A DNA stretch of 64,000 nt from Longimicrobiales bacterium (GCA_965249725.1 CBDFMQ010000002.1:1312001-1376000), one strand, 5' to 3'. Positions 54,136-64,000 are shown, numbered from the stretch's first letter. Notes: a model not told the origin generated them from the sequence alone. A program made the numbers and translations.

Positions 54136-54849
54136 CTAGACGCTCTCGTCCGTCGCGATCTGCCCGTCCACCAGACTCACGCGGCGGCGGGCACGCTCCA
54201 CCACACGGGGGTCGTGCGTCGAGAACAAGAAGGTGGTGCCGTGCTCCCGGTTCAGTTCCTCCATCACGTCGAGTAGCGCGTCACTGGTGTGTGAGTCGAG
54301 GTTGGCCGTCGGCTCGTCCGCGAGGACCAGCGTGGGCTGCCCGATCACGGCCCGAGCGACCGCGACGCGTTGCTGTTGCCCCCCCGACAGCCTTCCCGGC
54401 CGGCGATCCTCCAGCCCCTCGAGCCCGATCTCCTCGAAGAGCTCACGCACACGCCGGTGTCGTTCCTCAGCGGGCACACCTCGAAGCACGAGCGAGAACT
54501 CTGCGTTCTCGAGAGCCGACAGCACGGGAAGCAGATTGAACGCCTGGAAGACGAACCCGATGCTCTCCAGCCGGAGCCGTGCGAGCTCCTTGTTGGAGAG
54601 GTCCGTGATCTCGTCGTCGCGGATCCAGATGCGCCCGCTCGTCGGTCGGGTCAGTCCTCCCAACATGTTGAGCAGGGTCGTCTTCCCGGATCCGGAGGGA
54701 CCCGCCATGGTCATGAAGTCGCCCCCCCGTATCTCGAGAGAGACGCCGCGCACGGCTTCGACCGGCTCCGGCTCCTGGGGATAGATCTTCCAGACGTCTT
54801 CGGTACGCACGGCGATATCGGTCGCTACCATCGGGCTCTCGGTCGTCAT
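54136..54849 (-). CDS. ABC transporter ATP-binding protein (LolD/MacB-like)
   Basis: GPSGSGKTT, LSGGQQQRV and LADEPTANLD motifs. Confidence 0.95.
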   Translation of the reverse strand: MTTESPMVATDIAVRTEDVWKIYPQEPEPVEAVRGVSLEIRGGDFMTMAGPSGSGKTTLLNMLGGLTRPTSGRIWIRDDEITDLSNKELARLRLESIGFVFQAFNLLPVLSALENAEFSLVLRGVPAEERHRRVRELFEEIGLEGLEDRRPGRLSGGQQQRVAVARAVIGQPTLVLADEPTANLDSHTSDALLDVMEELNREHGTTFLFSTHDPRVVERARRRVSLVDGQIATDESV

Positions 54850-56105
54850 TCGAATTTCAGTGCCTCTCCAACGTCGATCTTGGTGGCCTGCCAAGCGGGA
54901 TAGATGGATGCAGTGATGCCCACGACAGCGATGGAGAAGGCGCTCTGCAGGATATGCACGATCCTGAATTCCGGGACGATGACGGGATCCATGACGATGC
55001 CCGAAAAAGTGAAGTCCTCGTCCATGAAGCCGGAGAAATCCAACCCGTCCCGGAAGAACACCCAGGTCACGGCCGCTCCCAGAATGATGCCGACCATGCC
55101 GGCCAGCGCCGTGAGTAGCAGCCCCTCCGTGAATACGACGAGTCCGGTCTCCCCGGGGGTGAGGCCCAGCGCTTGGAGCACACCGAACTCACGCTTCCGG
55201 TACAGCACCGACATGAGCACCGTATTGAGCACCGCCAGCGCTACGATTCCGAAGAGAATGCCGTGGAAGATGTAGTCGCCGTAGTCGTCGATGCGCACCG
55301 CCGCGTCGAGCTCCGGATACGCCTCTCGCCAACTCAGGACGCGTACCCCGTCTTCATCGAGCGTGGATCTGAGCTGGCCCACGACGTCCGGCACGATCCG
55401 GCTGCCGGGCAGAATCGCGCCGACCGTGGTCACGGCTCCTTCCGCACCCAGCCAGGACCGGGCGGTGGAGATCGGGATGTGCACCAGGGCCTCGTCCACC
55501 TCTGGCAGGCCGGTTCGGAACATGCCGACCACCCGAACGAGCTGCCCTTCGATCTCCCCGGTCGTCGATTGGGCGGTCAAGACGAAGCGTGAGCCCAGCG
55601 ACAGTCCGAGACGCTCGGCCATGGCGGCACCCACGTATGCGGCCAGCCGGTCGTCGGCCTCGAGGTAGCGGCCCTCCGTGAGCTTCTCCACCGCATGGGA
55701 AAAACCGGCCTCGATGGTCGGATCAACCCCCTGGATCACCGCGGGCACAGCCGAGGAGGCGGAGCTGGCGAGGCCGTTCGTGGAGAGGCGCAGTGTGGTG
55801 GCGAGAGGCTCCAGGAGCCCATCGAGCGCCTCCAGAGCGGCTAGGGACGTCTCCGCCTGCTTCTCCGAGAGGCGGTCGTCTAGACTTCCGCTCTCCCGAT
55901 GGCCCGGCGCCTGGATGAGCACGTGACCCGCCCCCATCCTGACACCCGCGTTGATCCAGTCTTCGTGACCGCCGTCTGCCAATGACCGGGAGAACATCAG
56001 GAGGGCCAATCCGAGCGCCATCGCCGAGGCCGTCAGCACGCTCCGCCTCGCCTCACGGAGGACGCCGCGAGTGGCCAGTCGGAGTAGGGTCGGCGTCCGC
56101 TTCAT
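54846..56105 (-). CDS. ABC permease, FtsX/LolE-like
   Basis: NTVLMSVLYRKREFGVLQALG and C-terminal YPAWQATKIDVGEALK. Confidence 0.92.
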   Translation of the reverse strand: MKRTPTLLRLATRGVLREARRSVLTASAMALGLALLMFSRSLADGGHEDWINAGVRMGAGHVLIQAPGHRESGSLDDRLSEKQAETSLAALEALDGLLEPLATTLRLSTNGLASSASSAVPAVIQGVDPTIEAGFSHAVEKLTEGRYLEADDRLAAYVGAAMAERLGLSLGSRFVLTAQSTTGEIEGQLVRVVGMFRTGLPEVDEALVHIPISTARSWLGAEGAVTTVGAILPGSRIVPDVVGQLRSTLDEDGVRVLSWREAYPELDAAVRIDDYGDYIFHGILFGIVALAVLNTVLMSVLYRKREFGVLQALGLTPGETGLVVFTEGLLLTALAGMVGIILGAAVTWVFFRDGLDFSGFMDEDFTFSGIVMDPVIVPEFRIVHILQSAFSIAVVGITASIYPAWQATKIDVGEALKFE

Positions 56106-57363
56106 GTGCCGGACAGCGCGTCGGCCGGTGGTATCCGTACGGCTCGGATCGCCGGTAGAACGCCGCGAGTATGGAGGTGATCAACAGCCCAGCCGCACTC
56201 CACAGCGAGCCATCGAGCGAGTAGTCGGCCCGCAGGACCGGTCGCACGACGGCGCCGGCCATCGTGAAGTCGCCCCAGAGGTTGGAGAGATCAGGCGGGT
56301 AGTTGTGGAGCCAATAGAGGATCGGCACGGACAGGAGCGCCCCTGCTGCCAACGCGATGATGCCCAGGATCAGACCCTCATAGACCACCGTCAGAGCTAC
56401 CCGCGAGGGCCTCGCACCCAGTGCCCGCACCACCGCGAACTCGCGGCGACGCTCGAAGGTCCCCAACAGCATCGTGTTGGCGACCCCGAAAATGGCCATG
56501 ACGAAGACTATGCCGACGATGACGCCGTTCACGGCTTCGGCGAGGCTGGCATACTCCGCGAGCTCCGCCCGAAAGACCGTCCACGGCCTCGGCGCCACCG
56601 GATATCCGAGGCCACCCGCGACCGATGCCAGCGAATCGCTGACCGCGGGGGCACTCCATGGATCGACGAGAGACGCGGCCACCTCGTGCACCCGACCCTC
56701 CGGCATGGCCATAAGCTCCTGGAGTGATCGGATCGGAAGGACCACAAGGGATCCGTCGAGGCCGGCCATGCCGGTGTGGAAGATCCCGCTCACATAGTAC
56801 AGGTCGTTTCCCAGCGAGCCGTCGGAAGCCGGTGCGACGAGAACCACCTCGGCCCCGGGCTCGACCTTGAGCAAGTCGGCCATATCCCGCCCGATGTAGA
56901 TCTCGCGCGCTCGCGGAAGGGGGGCCCGACCCTCCTCGGCCAACGACAAGAGGCGAGTGACCTCGGCTTCCCGTACCGGATCCACCCCGACCAGGATACC
57001 CGCGACGGTCTCGTCTCCGGAACTCACCAGACCTCCGCCGTATACCCGGGGAGACGCCCCCACGACTCCGGGAACACCTCGAGCGATGCCGACCAGCTCA
57101 TCCACGTCGATGCCCTCTCGGCCACCCAGCGTCTCATACATACTACGCTCGGGATAGTAGTCCGGTGCGTGAATCTGCAGCTGTCCCGAGACCAGGTTGG
57201 TTCCCGTCTCGATCATCTCGGCCACCATGCCGTGCCAGATCCCGATCATGGTGACCGACGCCAGGTAGCCGAAGGTGAGAGCGGAGGCCGTGATGAACGT
57301 ACGCCGTCGGTTTCTCCACAGGTTCCGCCAGGCCAGCCTCCACCACACCCATCGATCCCCCAT
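56053..57363 (-). CDS. ABC permease, FtsX/LolE-like, with apparent 1-nt frameshift near the C-terminus
   Basis: LAWRNLWRNRRRT and NTMLLGTFERRREFAV motifs. Restoring one C near 56154 gives YPAIRAVRIPPADALSGT* ending at 56102. Confidence 0.88.
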   Translation of the reverse strand: MGDRWVWWRLAWRNLWRNRRRTFITASALTFGYLASVTMIGIWHGMVAEMIETGTNLVSGQLQIHAPDYYPERSMYETLGGREGIDVDELVGIARGVPGVVGASPRVYGGGLVSSGDETVAGILVGVDPVREAEVTRLLSLAEEGRAPLPRAREIYIGRDMADLLKVEPGAEVVLVAPASDGSLGNDLYYVSGIFHTGMAGLDGSLVVLPIRSLQELMAMPEGRVHEVAASLVDPWSAPAVSDSLASVAGGLGYPVAPRPWTVFRAELAEYASLAEAVNGVIVGIVFVMAIFGVANTMLLGTFERRREFAVVRALGARPSRVALTVVYEGLILGIIALAAGALLSVPILYWLHNYPPDLSNLWGDFTMAGAVVRPVLRADYSLDGSLWSAAGLLITSILAAFYRRSEPYGYHRPTRCPAHEADADPTPTGHSRRPP

Positions 57364-57367
57364 CGAC

Positions 57368-58138
57368 CTACCTCTCGCGTCTGAGGTTCCGGAGGGAGAA
57401 GAAGTCCTCGTCCACTCCGATGTCGAACTCCAGCTCGTGGTAGCGGATCAGCGTAACCTCGCCCGGGTCGTCCGTCGGTTCAATGGTCATGACGGCGGGT
57501 ACCAACCTTCCGTCCATGACCTGGTACTCCGTGAACGTCATGGTCCGGACGAGTTCATCCGACTCATCGAAATAGCGCGCCCAGGTGGGCATCAGGTCGT
57601 CCTGACGGACCTGATAGGTGATCTTCCCCCAAACCACGGGCGCCTCCGGCCGCGGAAGTAAGAGGAACTCCCAGACCTTAACTCCCTCCCTCGTCCCCTC
57701 GAACTCGATTTCGATGGTGTAGTCATCGACGAGCGTGCTCTCTTTCACCAGATCATCGTTGGTGAAGTGGGACCCCATCCAGGACCCCATCATCATGGAC
57801 GACGGGAGCTTGATCGTGCGATCGACCCTCGGCAGGTAGTTCCAGACCTCCTGCCCAGCCCTCAGGGTGGCGGTGCCAGCCTCCTTGGCCGGGGTCTCGA
57901 CCCGAAGCAGCGCGTGGTCGGTGCCGAGCGACCACGCGCGCAGTGTGAGCGAGCGCTCCCAATGCTCCGTCCGGATGTCCATGGTAAACCGCGCTTCGCT
58001 CGATTCACCACGAAGGAGGCGGTCCACCTGATCGATGATGTCGCGGGCCGTCTGAGTCCGGGCCGGGACGGGTAGCGGCGCGCAAAGAGAGGCCGCCACG
58101 AATGCCGGAAGTAGGAGCCGGTGGGAGATAGGATTCAT
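57368..58138 (-). CDS. Outer membrane lipoprotein-sorting protein (LolA-like)
   Basis: PAKEAGTATL..W.YLP, SWMGSHFTNDDL and FFSLRNLRR motifs; signal peptide. Confidence 0.88.
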   Translation of the reverse strand: MNPISHRLLLPAFVAASLCAPLPVPARTQTARDIIDQVDRLLRGESSEARFTMDIRTEHWERSLTLRAWSLGTDHALLRVETPAKEAGTATLRAGQEVWNYLPRVDRTIKLPSSMMMGSWMGSHFTNDDLVKESTLVDDYTIEIEFEGTREGVKVWEFLLLPRPEAPVVWGKITYQVRQDDLMPTWARYFDESDELVRTMTFTEYQVMDGRLVPAVMTIEPTDDPGEVTLIRYHELEFDIGVDEDFFSLRNLRRER

Positions 58139-58308
58139 AGCCGGTCGAGTAGAAGTTAGTCCGATCTTCGAAAGCTAGTCGAGGGTACCGTTCAACGGCT
58201 ACGGGAAGCCTACCTAGTTATTTCTACTCCGCCCCTCTCACCTGAGAGCCCGTCCCCCGACGCTACTCCCCCCTTGAACTCGACCCCGAATCGCAGGATC
58301 CTGAAGGC

Positions 58309-58872
58309 ATGAGCGAAGAAGCCGAGAGCCGACGCCGGGCCCCAGAGTGGCTCACGTGGAAGCGCGCGGAGCTGGTCCTGACCGTCGCGATCCTGGCGTT
58401 CGCCGGCTACCGGCTCTGGCCGCAGGTGTCGGCCGTTGTGGGGGTCGGCGGCCCTATCGGTACCGCACCCGAGGTGGTCTTCCAGAGCCCGGACGGCGAA
58501 CCCGTCGTGCTCGCGGACCTGGAAGGACAGGTGGTCCTGGTCAACTTCTGGGCGACCTGGTGCGGTCCATGCAAGCTGGAGATGCCGGGTTTTCAGAAGC
58601 TGTACGACGACAAGCGGGACCAGGGGTTCACGATCCTCGGTGTGTCGACCGATCGGGGTAGTTGGGGGGATGTCAGCACGTTCTTGCGAGAGCGGGAGAT
58701 CGACTATCCGGTCGTGCAGACTTCCGCCGCCGCGGATCGTGCCTTCGGCGGGATCAGGGCGATCCCGACCTCGTTTCTCATCGACCGTCAGGGCGTCATC
58801 CGTCACAGGATCTTCGGCTATATGCCGCCCCCTGCCCTTCGGATCGCGGTGAATCGGCTGCTCGCGGAGTAG
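58309..58872 (+). CDS. TlpA/ResA-family disulfide reductase
   Basis: VNFWATWCGPCKLEMP and IPTSFLIDRQG; N-terminal TM anchor. Confidence 0.93.
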   Translation: MSEEAESRRRAPEWLTWKRAELVLTVAILAFAGYRLWPQVSAVVGVGGPIGTAPEVVFQSPDGEPVVLADLEGQVVLVNFWATWCGPCKLEMPGFQKLYDDKRDQGFTILGVSTDRGSWGDVSTFLREREIDYPVVQTSAAADRAFGGIRAIPTSFLIDRQGVIRHRIFGYMPPPALRIAVNRLLAE

Positions 58873-58939
58873 GGCCCGGCTCTGAGAATGAGGGCCCGGA
58901 GCGGCCTCCTGCGGTCGTCCAGCGGTTGGCGACGACTTC

Positions 58940-59983
58940 CTAGAATCCGGCCGCACTCAACTCCCGCTTCACCACCGGTGCCACCTCGGTACCCAGCAAC
59001 TCGATGGCCCGCATGACCTTGTCGTGAGGGGTCGGCCCCACAGTGAGCTGGATCAAGCAGCGCTGGTGTCCGAAGATTTCGTGTTGGAACAGGATCTTAT
59101 CGATGATCTGCTGAGGACTTCCCAGGAACAACGCCCCGCTCAACTCGGCCTCCGCGTCGAACTGCGTGCGGCTGGCGGGAGGCCATCCTCGTTCCCGTCC
59201 GATGCGTGTCATAGTCTCTGCAAAGGGCGGAAACGCGATCTCGGCCGCATCGGCCGCGTCATCGGCGAGGAAGCCGTGGGAGTTGATGCTCAGCGGGAGT
59301 GTCTCCGGGTCGTGCCCGGCCCGTGATGCCGTGTCCCGGTACAGGTCCACGACCGGCTTGAAGCGCTCGGGTGCACCTCCGATGATCGCCAGCGCCATCG
59401 GTAGGCCCAGGGTGGCGGCCCGGACAACGGACTGAGGCGTCCCTCCAACGGCGAGCCAGACCGGGATCGGATCCTGCACCGGCCGAGGGTAGACGGCACG
59501 ATCGTCGATGGTCGGTCGGTGCTCTCCCGCCCACGTGATCCGTTCCTCCTCCCGCAACTTGAGCAGCAACTCCAGCTTCTCCGAGAACAACGCGTCGTAG
59601 TCCGAGAGGTCCTGCCCAAACAGCGGAAAAGACTCCGTGAACGATCCACGCCCCGCCATGATCTCCGCACGTCCACCGGAGATGAGGTCCACGGTGGCGA
59701 AATCCTGAAACACGCGCACAGGGTCGTCGGAGCTCAGCACCGAAACCGCGCTTGTGAGCCGGATTCTACTGGTCCGCGCCGCCGCCGCCGCGAGAACGAC
59801 CGCGGGGGCTGAGACGGCGTAGTCCGCCCGATGGTGCTCCCCGATACCGAAGACGTCCAGACCCACCTGGTCGGCCAGCTCGATCTCCTCGAGGACATGT
59901 GCGATCCGTTCCTCGACACCGAGCTGCCGGCCTGTCGCGGGGTCGAACGCCGTCTCGACGAACGAGTAGATGCCGATTTCCAT
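58940..59983 (-). CDS. LLM-class flavin-dependent oxidoreductase
   Basis: [23 protein letters not shown] and [13 protein letters not shown] motifs. Confidence 0.93.
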   Translation of the reverse strand: MEIGIYSFVETAFDPATGRQLGVEERIAHVLEEIELADQVGLDVFGIGEHHRADYAVSAPAVVLAAAAARTSRIRLTSAVSVLSSDDPVRVFQDFATVDLISGGRAEIMAGRGSFTESFPLFGQDLSDYDALFSEKLELLLKLREEERITWAGEHRPTIDDRAVYPRPVQDPIPVWLAVGGTPQSVVRAATLGLPMALAIIGGAPERFKPVVDLYRDTASRAGHDPETLPLSINSHGFLADDAADAAEIAFPPFAETMTRIGRERGWPPASRTQFDAEAELSGALFLGSPQQIIDKILFQHEIFGHQRCLIQLTVGPTPHDKVMRAIELLGTEVAPVVKRELSAAGF

Positions 59984-60072
59984 GGGAAGGAACGTACTTG
60001 GAGTTCGTCACGACGGAAGGATGGTCGAGGTTGCGAGCGCCGCCGTGAACATGGCGCCCTGCACCGACAGCG

Positions 60073-62088
60073 TCAGCGCTCGATCAGCTCCTGGAAGCCA
60101 GGATGGTTACGGAGAGAAGCGAAGACGGGATGGGCAGCTAACTCCGCAGTCGTCGCGCCGGTGTTGCGGTCGAGGAGCAGCTGGAGGAGCTCCACCGCCC
60201 GTTCCGGTTCACCCGCTAGGGCGAAAATCTCAGCCGCCTGGTAATGGACACCGATCGCCGCGACTGCGTCGCGCGTGAAGGGCATCGCCGCCATCGCCGC
60301 CTCGGCCTGCTGAGCGGCGTCCTCGGCTCGACCGAGCGCCGTGTAGGCACGGCCCAGCGTGAGTCTCGCCCCGACTCGATTTGGCTCCTCCTCGACCAAG
60401 CTTGCCAGGCCAGTCGCCATCGAATCCCAAACCACCCGGGCCTCATCTAGGCGGCCGGACAACTCGAGGGTCACCGCGCGTCGATATGTGTTCCGCTGTG
60501 TATAGGGTCGGGCCAGAGCGACGTCGAAGTCCCCATCGACCAGGTCTGCCCACCACAGTCCCCCTTGCACAGTCCCGACAGAGGTATCCGGGTATTCCAG
60601 CACGGCGTTTCTCGCCCGCCTCGTATCGTTCCCATCGACGCTCATATAGAGGTCGCCGAGATATCCGTAGGCGGTGCGCTCGTTCGGCGCCAAGGCGATC
60701 GATCTTCGAAGAACGTCCTCGGCCTCTTGGAAGCGGCGCGCGTATATCGAGGTATGACCGAGGTCCTCGAGGAAGTGCCCGGAAAGCGGATCGAGGCGAG
60801 CTGCCTCCGCGAAGCTCTCGATCGAGCCCTCGAAATCATCCATCCGGCGCTTCACCGCTCCCAGCAGGTGATGCACCTCGGCGTCCCCTAAACCGTCCTC
60901 TTCCGCCCGCAATCCATAGTCGAGCGCCTTCTCGAAGTCACGCTCGACGGCGTAGTGGTAGTACCCCATCGCCACCATCGCCTGGGGCAGATCGGGCGCT
61001 AGCGATAGGCCCTTGGAAGCCGCTTCGAGGATGGCGGTCCGGTTCTCTGGACGGAAGCACGTGCTCCGGTTCTGGCAGTGTTCGCTCCGGGCCAGCGCGA
61101 GCCGCACATAGGCTTCCGTGAAGTCCGGATCGAGCTCGATCGCCTGCTCATACATCTGGAACGCCACCGTGAAGTCGTCGGATCGCGGGCCCGCGGCGAA
61201 GTAGCTGTTCCCTCGTAGAAAGAAGTTGTAGGCGTCCATGTCCTCGGTCGGGACGCCTGCCAACTCGGTCTTCTCGTCGGGAAGCAGTGTCGCGCTCAGG
61301 GCATCGGCAATGCGTTCCGCGATCTCCCTCTGCAGGTCGAAGATGTTCTTGAGCGTGTATGCCATCTGGTAGTTGTCGGCCCACAGGTGCTCGTCCGTCG
61401 ATGCGTCGATCAGCTGAGCGTTCACCCTCACCTGGTCGCCCGCGGCGACCACGCTTCCTTCGAGGATCGCGGCCGCACCCAGCTCCTGTCCGATGGCCCG
61501 GATGTCCTTCGTGGTCTCCTGATACTGCATCATGGAGGTTCGGGAGATCACACGGAGCGCTTTGATCTTGGACAGCCGGGTGAGCAGGTCGTCGTGCAGC
61601 CCCAGGCTGAGCGTCTTCGAATCCTCCTCGGCGCCACCGCTGGTGAAGGGGAGAACCGCGATGACGGGTCGATCCGCCTCCCCTTCCGCCATCGAGCCGC
61701 TCGTACCGGGTCCAGCGAGGAGCAGAAACGTGGCGACTACTCCCCATAGCGCGAACGCCGCTACCCCACCGGCCATCGCGTTCCGCCAGGTGAAGAGCTT
61801 CCCGGTCGTGGTGGGGCCGACCTCCATCGGCTCACTCTCGACCGCCTTATCCCGGTGCCCGTGGTCGTGTCCGAGGCCTTCCTGGATGAAGGCGGTGGCC
61901 ATGACGATCGGGAACCCGATCACCAGAAGCGCGACCGCCATGGCGGGAACCCAATTCGGCAACCCCGCACTGTCCGCCAGGGTCTGAACGACTTGAACGG
62001 CGATCCACGAGCCCGTCAGATAGATCGACAGCACCTGCCAAAGGGAGCGACGGTGGATCTCGCGGATCAGGCGTTTTGCTCGGGACAT
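60073..62088 (-). CDS. Membrane-anchored TolB-N-like/TPR protein
   Basis: Three N-terminal TM helices, IAVLPF...LRVISRTS...VRVNAQLIDA..DEHLWA, then TPR repeats. Confidence 0.85.
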   Translation of the reverse strand: MSRAKRLIREIHRRSLWQVLSIYLTGSWIAVQVVQTLADSAGLPNWVPAMAVALLVIGFPIVMATAFIQEGLGHDHGHRDKAVESEPMEVGPTTTGKLFTWRNAMAGGVAAFALWGVVATFLLLAGPGTSGSMAEGEADRPVIAVLPFTSGGAEEDSKTLSLGLHDDLLTRLSKIKALRVISRTSMMQYQETTKDIRAIGQELGAAAILEGSVVAAGDQVRVNAQLIDASTDEHLWADNYQMAYTLKNIFDLQREIAERIADALSATLLPDEKTELAGVPTEDMDAYNFFLRGNSYFAAGPRSDDFTVAFQMYEQAIELDPDFTEAYVRLALARSEHCQNRSTCFRPENRTAILEAASKGLSLAPDLPQAMVAMGYYHYAVERDFEKALDYGLRAEEDGLGDAEVHHLLGAVKRRMDDFEGSIESFAEAARLDPLSGHFLEDLGHTSIYARRFQEAEDVLRRSIALAPNERTAYGYLGDLYMSVDGNDTRRARNAVLEYPDTSVGTVQGGLWWADLVDGDFDVALARPYTQRNTYRRAVTLELSGRLDEARVVWDSMATGLASLVEEEPNRVGARLTLGRAYTALGRAEDAAQQAEAAMAAMPFTRDAVAAIGVHYQAAEIFALAGEPERAVELLQLLLDRNTGATTAELAAHPVFASLRNHPGFQELIER

Positions 62089-62187
62089 GGAGTCCTGGTC
62101 GGAATCGTGCAGCCGGGGGGTCGGATGCTCCGCCGAAGATGCACCGGCACGGGCCTAAGTAGCAAGGAATCATCGTCCGGATCGTCG

Positions 62188-62219
62188 TTGCACTTCGATT
62201 ATATTCGGTTTATGTTCGG
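62188..62219 (+). promoter_or_regulatory. Promoter of dnaE2 with TTCGG-N6-TTCGG direct repeat
   Basis: TTGCAC(62188)-N17-TATGTT(62211); TTCGG at 62204 and 62215. Confidence 0.75.
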
Positions 62220-62246
62220 TTCCTTCCCCAAACAAACACCGAAACC

Positions 62247-64000
62247 GTGTCCACACCTCCCTACGTCGAGCTCCACTGCCACTCCGGCTTCTCCTTTCTG
62301 GACGGGGCCTCCCATCCCGAGGAGTTGGTATACAGGGCTCTGGAACTGGGTTATCCGGCTCTGGCCCTCACGGATCACAACGGCCTGTACGGCTCGATGG
62401 AGTTCGCCCAATCCGCCCGGACGGAGGGGCTTCAGCCCATCACGGGGGCCGAAGTCACCATAGCTCTGGACATTCCGGGAGTGCCCCAGGGCCTGGACGG
62501 ACTCGACGAGGCCGATCCGGACGGTGATCCGCTCGTCCGTGGCTGCCACATGACCCTCCTGGCTGAAACCCCGGCCGGGTATGCCAACCTCTGCCGGCTC
62601 CTGAGTGAGGCGCATCTGGAGAGTGACCGCGGCCGCCCCACCCTTCCTCTCTCCTCCCTCTTCGCCCGCACAGAGGGCCTCATCGCCCTCACCGGGTGCC
62701 GGCAAGGCCCTCTCCTGGTCGCCCTCGAAGACAGCGTGGCGACCGCGGAGCTCCTGGCTCGACGTCTTCAGGGCGCTTTCGGATACGGAAAGCTCTTCGT
62801 CGAACTCCAGGACAATCAGGAGAAGGGGGACGGCTACCGGAACCGGAGCCTGGGCCGCCTGGCCGACCGCCTCGGCATCCCCGTGGTGGCTACCGGCAAC
62901 GTCCACTACCACCGCCCCGAGCGGCACCGGCTTCAGGACGTCTTCGTGTCGATCCGGAACCGCACCACGCTGAACGGATCTCACGCACAGAGGCGCGCCA
63001 ACGCGCGCTTCTACCTGGCGTGTCCTCGAGAGATGGCCAACCGCTTCCAGAGCCGCCCCGACGCCCTGGCCCACACGCTCGACATCGCGGAGCGGTGTGC
63101 CGCCTTCGACCTCACGAAGGACCTGGGCTACACCTTCCCCGACTTCGAGGGGAGTGACCGCGGAGGAGCACTCGAGACCCTGGCCGCGGTCTGCCTGACC
63201 AAGCTGGAGGAGCGCTACGGCGGCTCGAAGCTTGAAGACGAAGCTCGCGATCGGCTCCACCAGGAGCTCGCGCTCGTGGACCTCCACGGTCTGGGCGGCT
63301 TCTTCCTCGTCTACCGCGACATCATGGAGTTGGCGAGAGAGGTCGCGGCCGATATTCGGGGCACCGCCCCTCGGGCCAACGCAGGCCTACCTCCGGGGCG
63401 GGGCCGAGGATCGTCGGTCTCGTCCATCATCTGCTACCTCATCGGGCTCTCCCATGTCGACCCGGTCAAGACGGAGCTCTTCTTGGGACGCTTCCTGAAT
63501 GAAGCCATGCGGAGCGTTCCGGATATCGACCTCGACTTTCCGCGCGACATCCGAGAAGAGTTGATCCTGCGGGTCTACAAACGATACGGGAACGAGCACG
63601 CCGGCCTGGTATGCACCTTCCCCACGTATCGGATCCGCTCCACGCTGCGGGAGATCGGCAAGGCTTTGGACCTTCCGATGGGAGATCTGGAGAAGCTCTC
63701 GAAGCTGGCGGAGCGGCGCTCGGGCGGAGGACTCATGGAGGAGCTTCGCCGGCTGCCGGAGTTCCGCGAGAAGGCGGAATCACCCTCGTGGCAAGCGCTC
63801 TGTGAGTTGGCCGACGACATCAAGGGCCTTCCCCGCCACATCTCCCAGCATGTGGGGGGTATGATCATCTCCAGCCGACCGCTCGTGGAAATCGTCCCTC
63901 TGGAGCCGGCAGCGTGGGAGGGACGCGTTCTCTGCCAGTGGGACAAGGACTCCTGCGACGACGCGGGGTTCATCAAGATCGACTTCCTGGCCCTGGGCAT
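62247..64000 (+). CDS. dnaE2: Error-prone DNA polymerase DnaE2 (3' end runs off window)
   Basis: Not in ORF track. From GTG 62247: STPPYVELHCHSGFSFLDGASHPEEL, GRGSSVSSIICYLIG, PDIDLDF, RHISQHVGGMII and LCQWDKDSCDDAGFIKIDFLALG. Confidence 0.93.
   Translation, partial: MSTPPYVELHCHSGFSFLDGASHPEELVYRALELGYPALALTDHNGLYGSMEFAQSARTEGLQPITGAEVTIALDIPGVPQGLDGLDEADPDGDPLVRGCHMTLLAETPAGYANLCRLLSEAHLESDRGRPTLPLSSLFARTEGLIALTGCRQGPLLVALEDSVATAELLARRLQGAFGYGKLFVELQDNQEKGDGYRNRSLGRLADRLGIPVVATGNVHYHRPERHRLQDVFVSIRNRTTLNGSHAQRRANARFYLACPREMANRFQSRPDALAHTLDIAERCAAFDLTKDLGYTFPDFEGSDRGGALETLAAVCLTKLEERYGGSKLEDEARDRLHQELALVDLHGLGGFFLVYRDIMELAREVAADIRGTAPRANAGLPPGRGRGSSVSSIICYLIGLSHVDPVKTELFLGRFLNEAMRSVPDIDLDFPRDIREELILRVYKRYGNEHAGLVCTFPTYRIRSTLREIGKALDLPMGDLEKLSKLAERRSGGGLMEELRRLPEFREKAESPSWQALCELADDIKGLPRHISQHVGGMIISSRPLVEIVPLEPAAWEGRVLCQWDKDSCDDAGFIKIDFLALG

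Overview
A GC-rich bacterial chromosomal window of mostly housekeeping genes. Gemmatimonadota is inferred from the gene families and synteny, not proven. Housekeeping content includes sdhCAB-mdh, moaDEA, HU, carA, rnhA, a 2-oxoacid dehydrogenase E1a/E1b/E2-lipB cluster, gap/pgk/tpiA/secG, comF-aroE-ywlE-tsaC-ispD-dnaB-udg-coaBC-rpoZ-gmk-yicC, pepA, icd and a LolA-like/ABC export cassette. I found no tRNA, rRNA, CRISPR array, transposase or integrase. Four signals stand out. (1) A candidate ~345-nt, highly structured stand-alone ncRNA on the minus strand (~16073-15727) has its own sigma70-type promoter, an intrinsic terminator and a possible 8-bp pseudoknot, and lacks the hallmarks of tmRNA, RNase P, SRP and 6S RNAs. 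(2) A dispersed mutasome/DNA-damage regulon (ImuB core, separately encoded ImuB C-terminal domain plus recX, and dnaE2) has three promoters that all carry a TTCGG-N6-TTCGG direct repeat, a candidate lineage-specific SOS box. (3) An ECF sigma factor is paired with a 936-aa anti-sigma/TonB-C/TPR/degenerate-GWxTD fusion inside the gap-pgk operon. (4) A 1069-aa coiled-coil protein has 90-93-aa GP(xG)-hinged repeats. All calls come from reading the sequence by eye; no database search or folding program was run.
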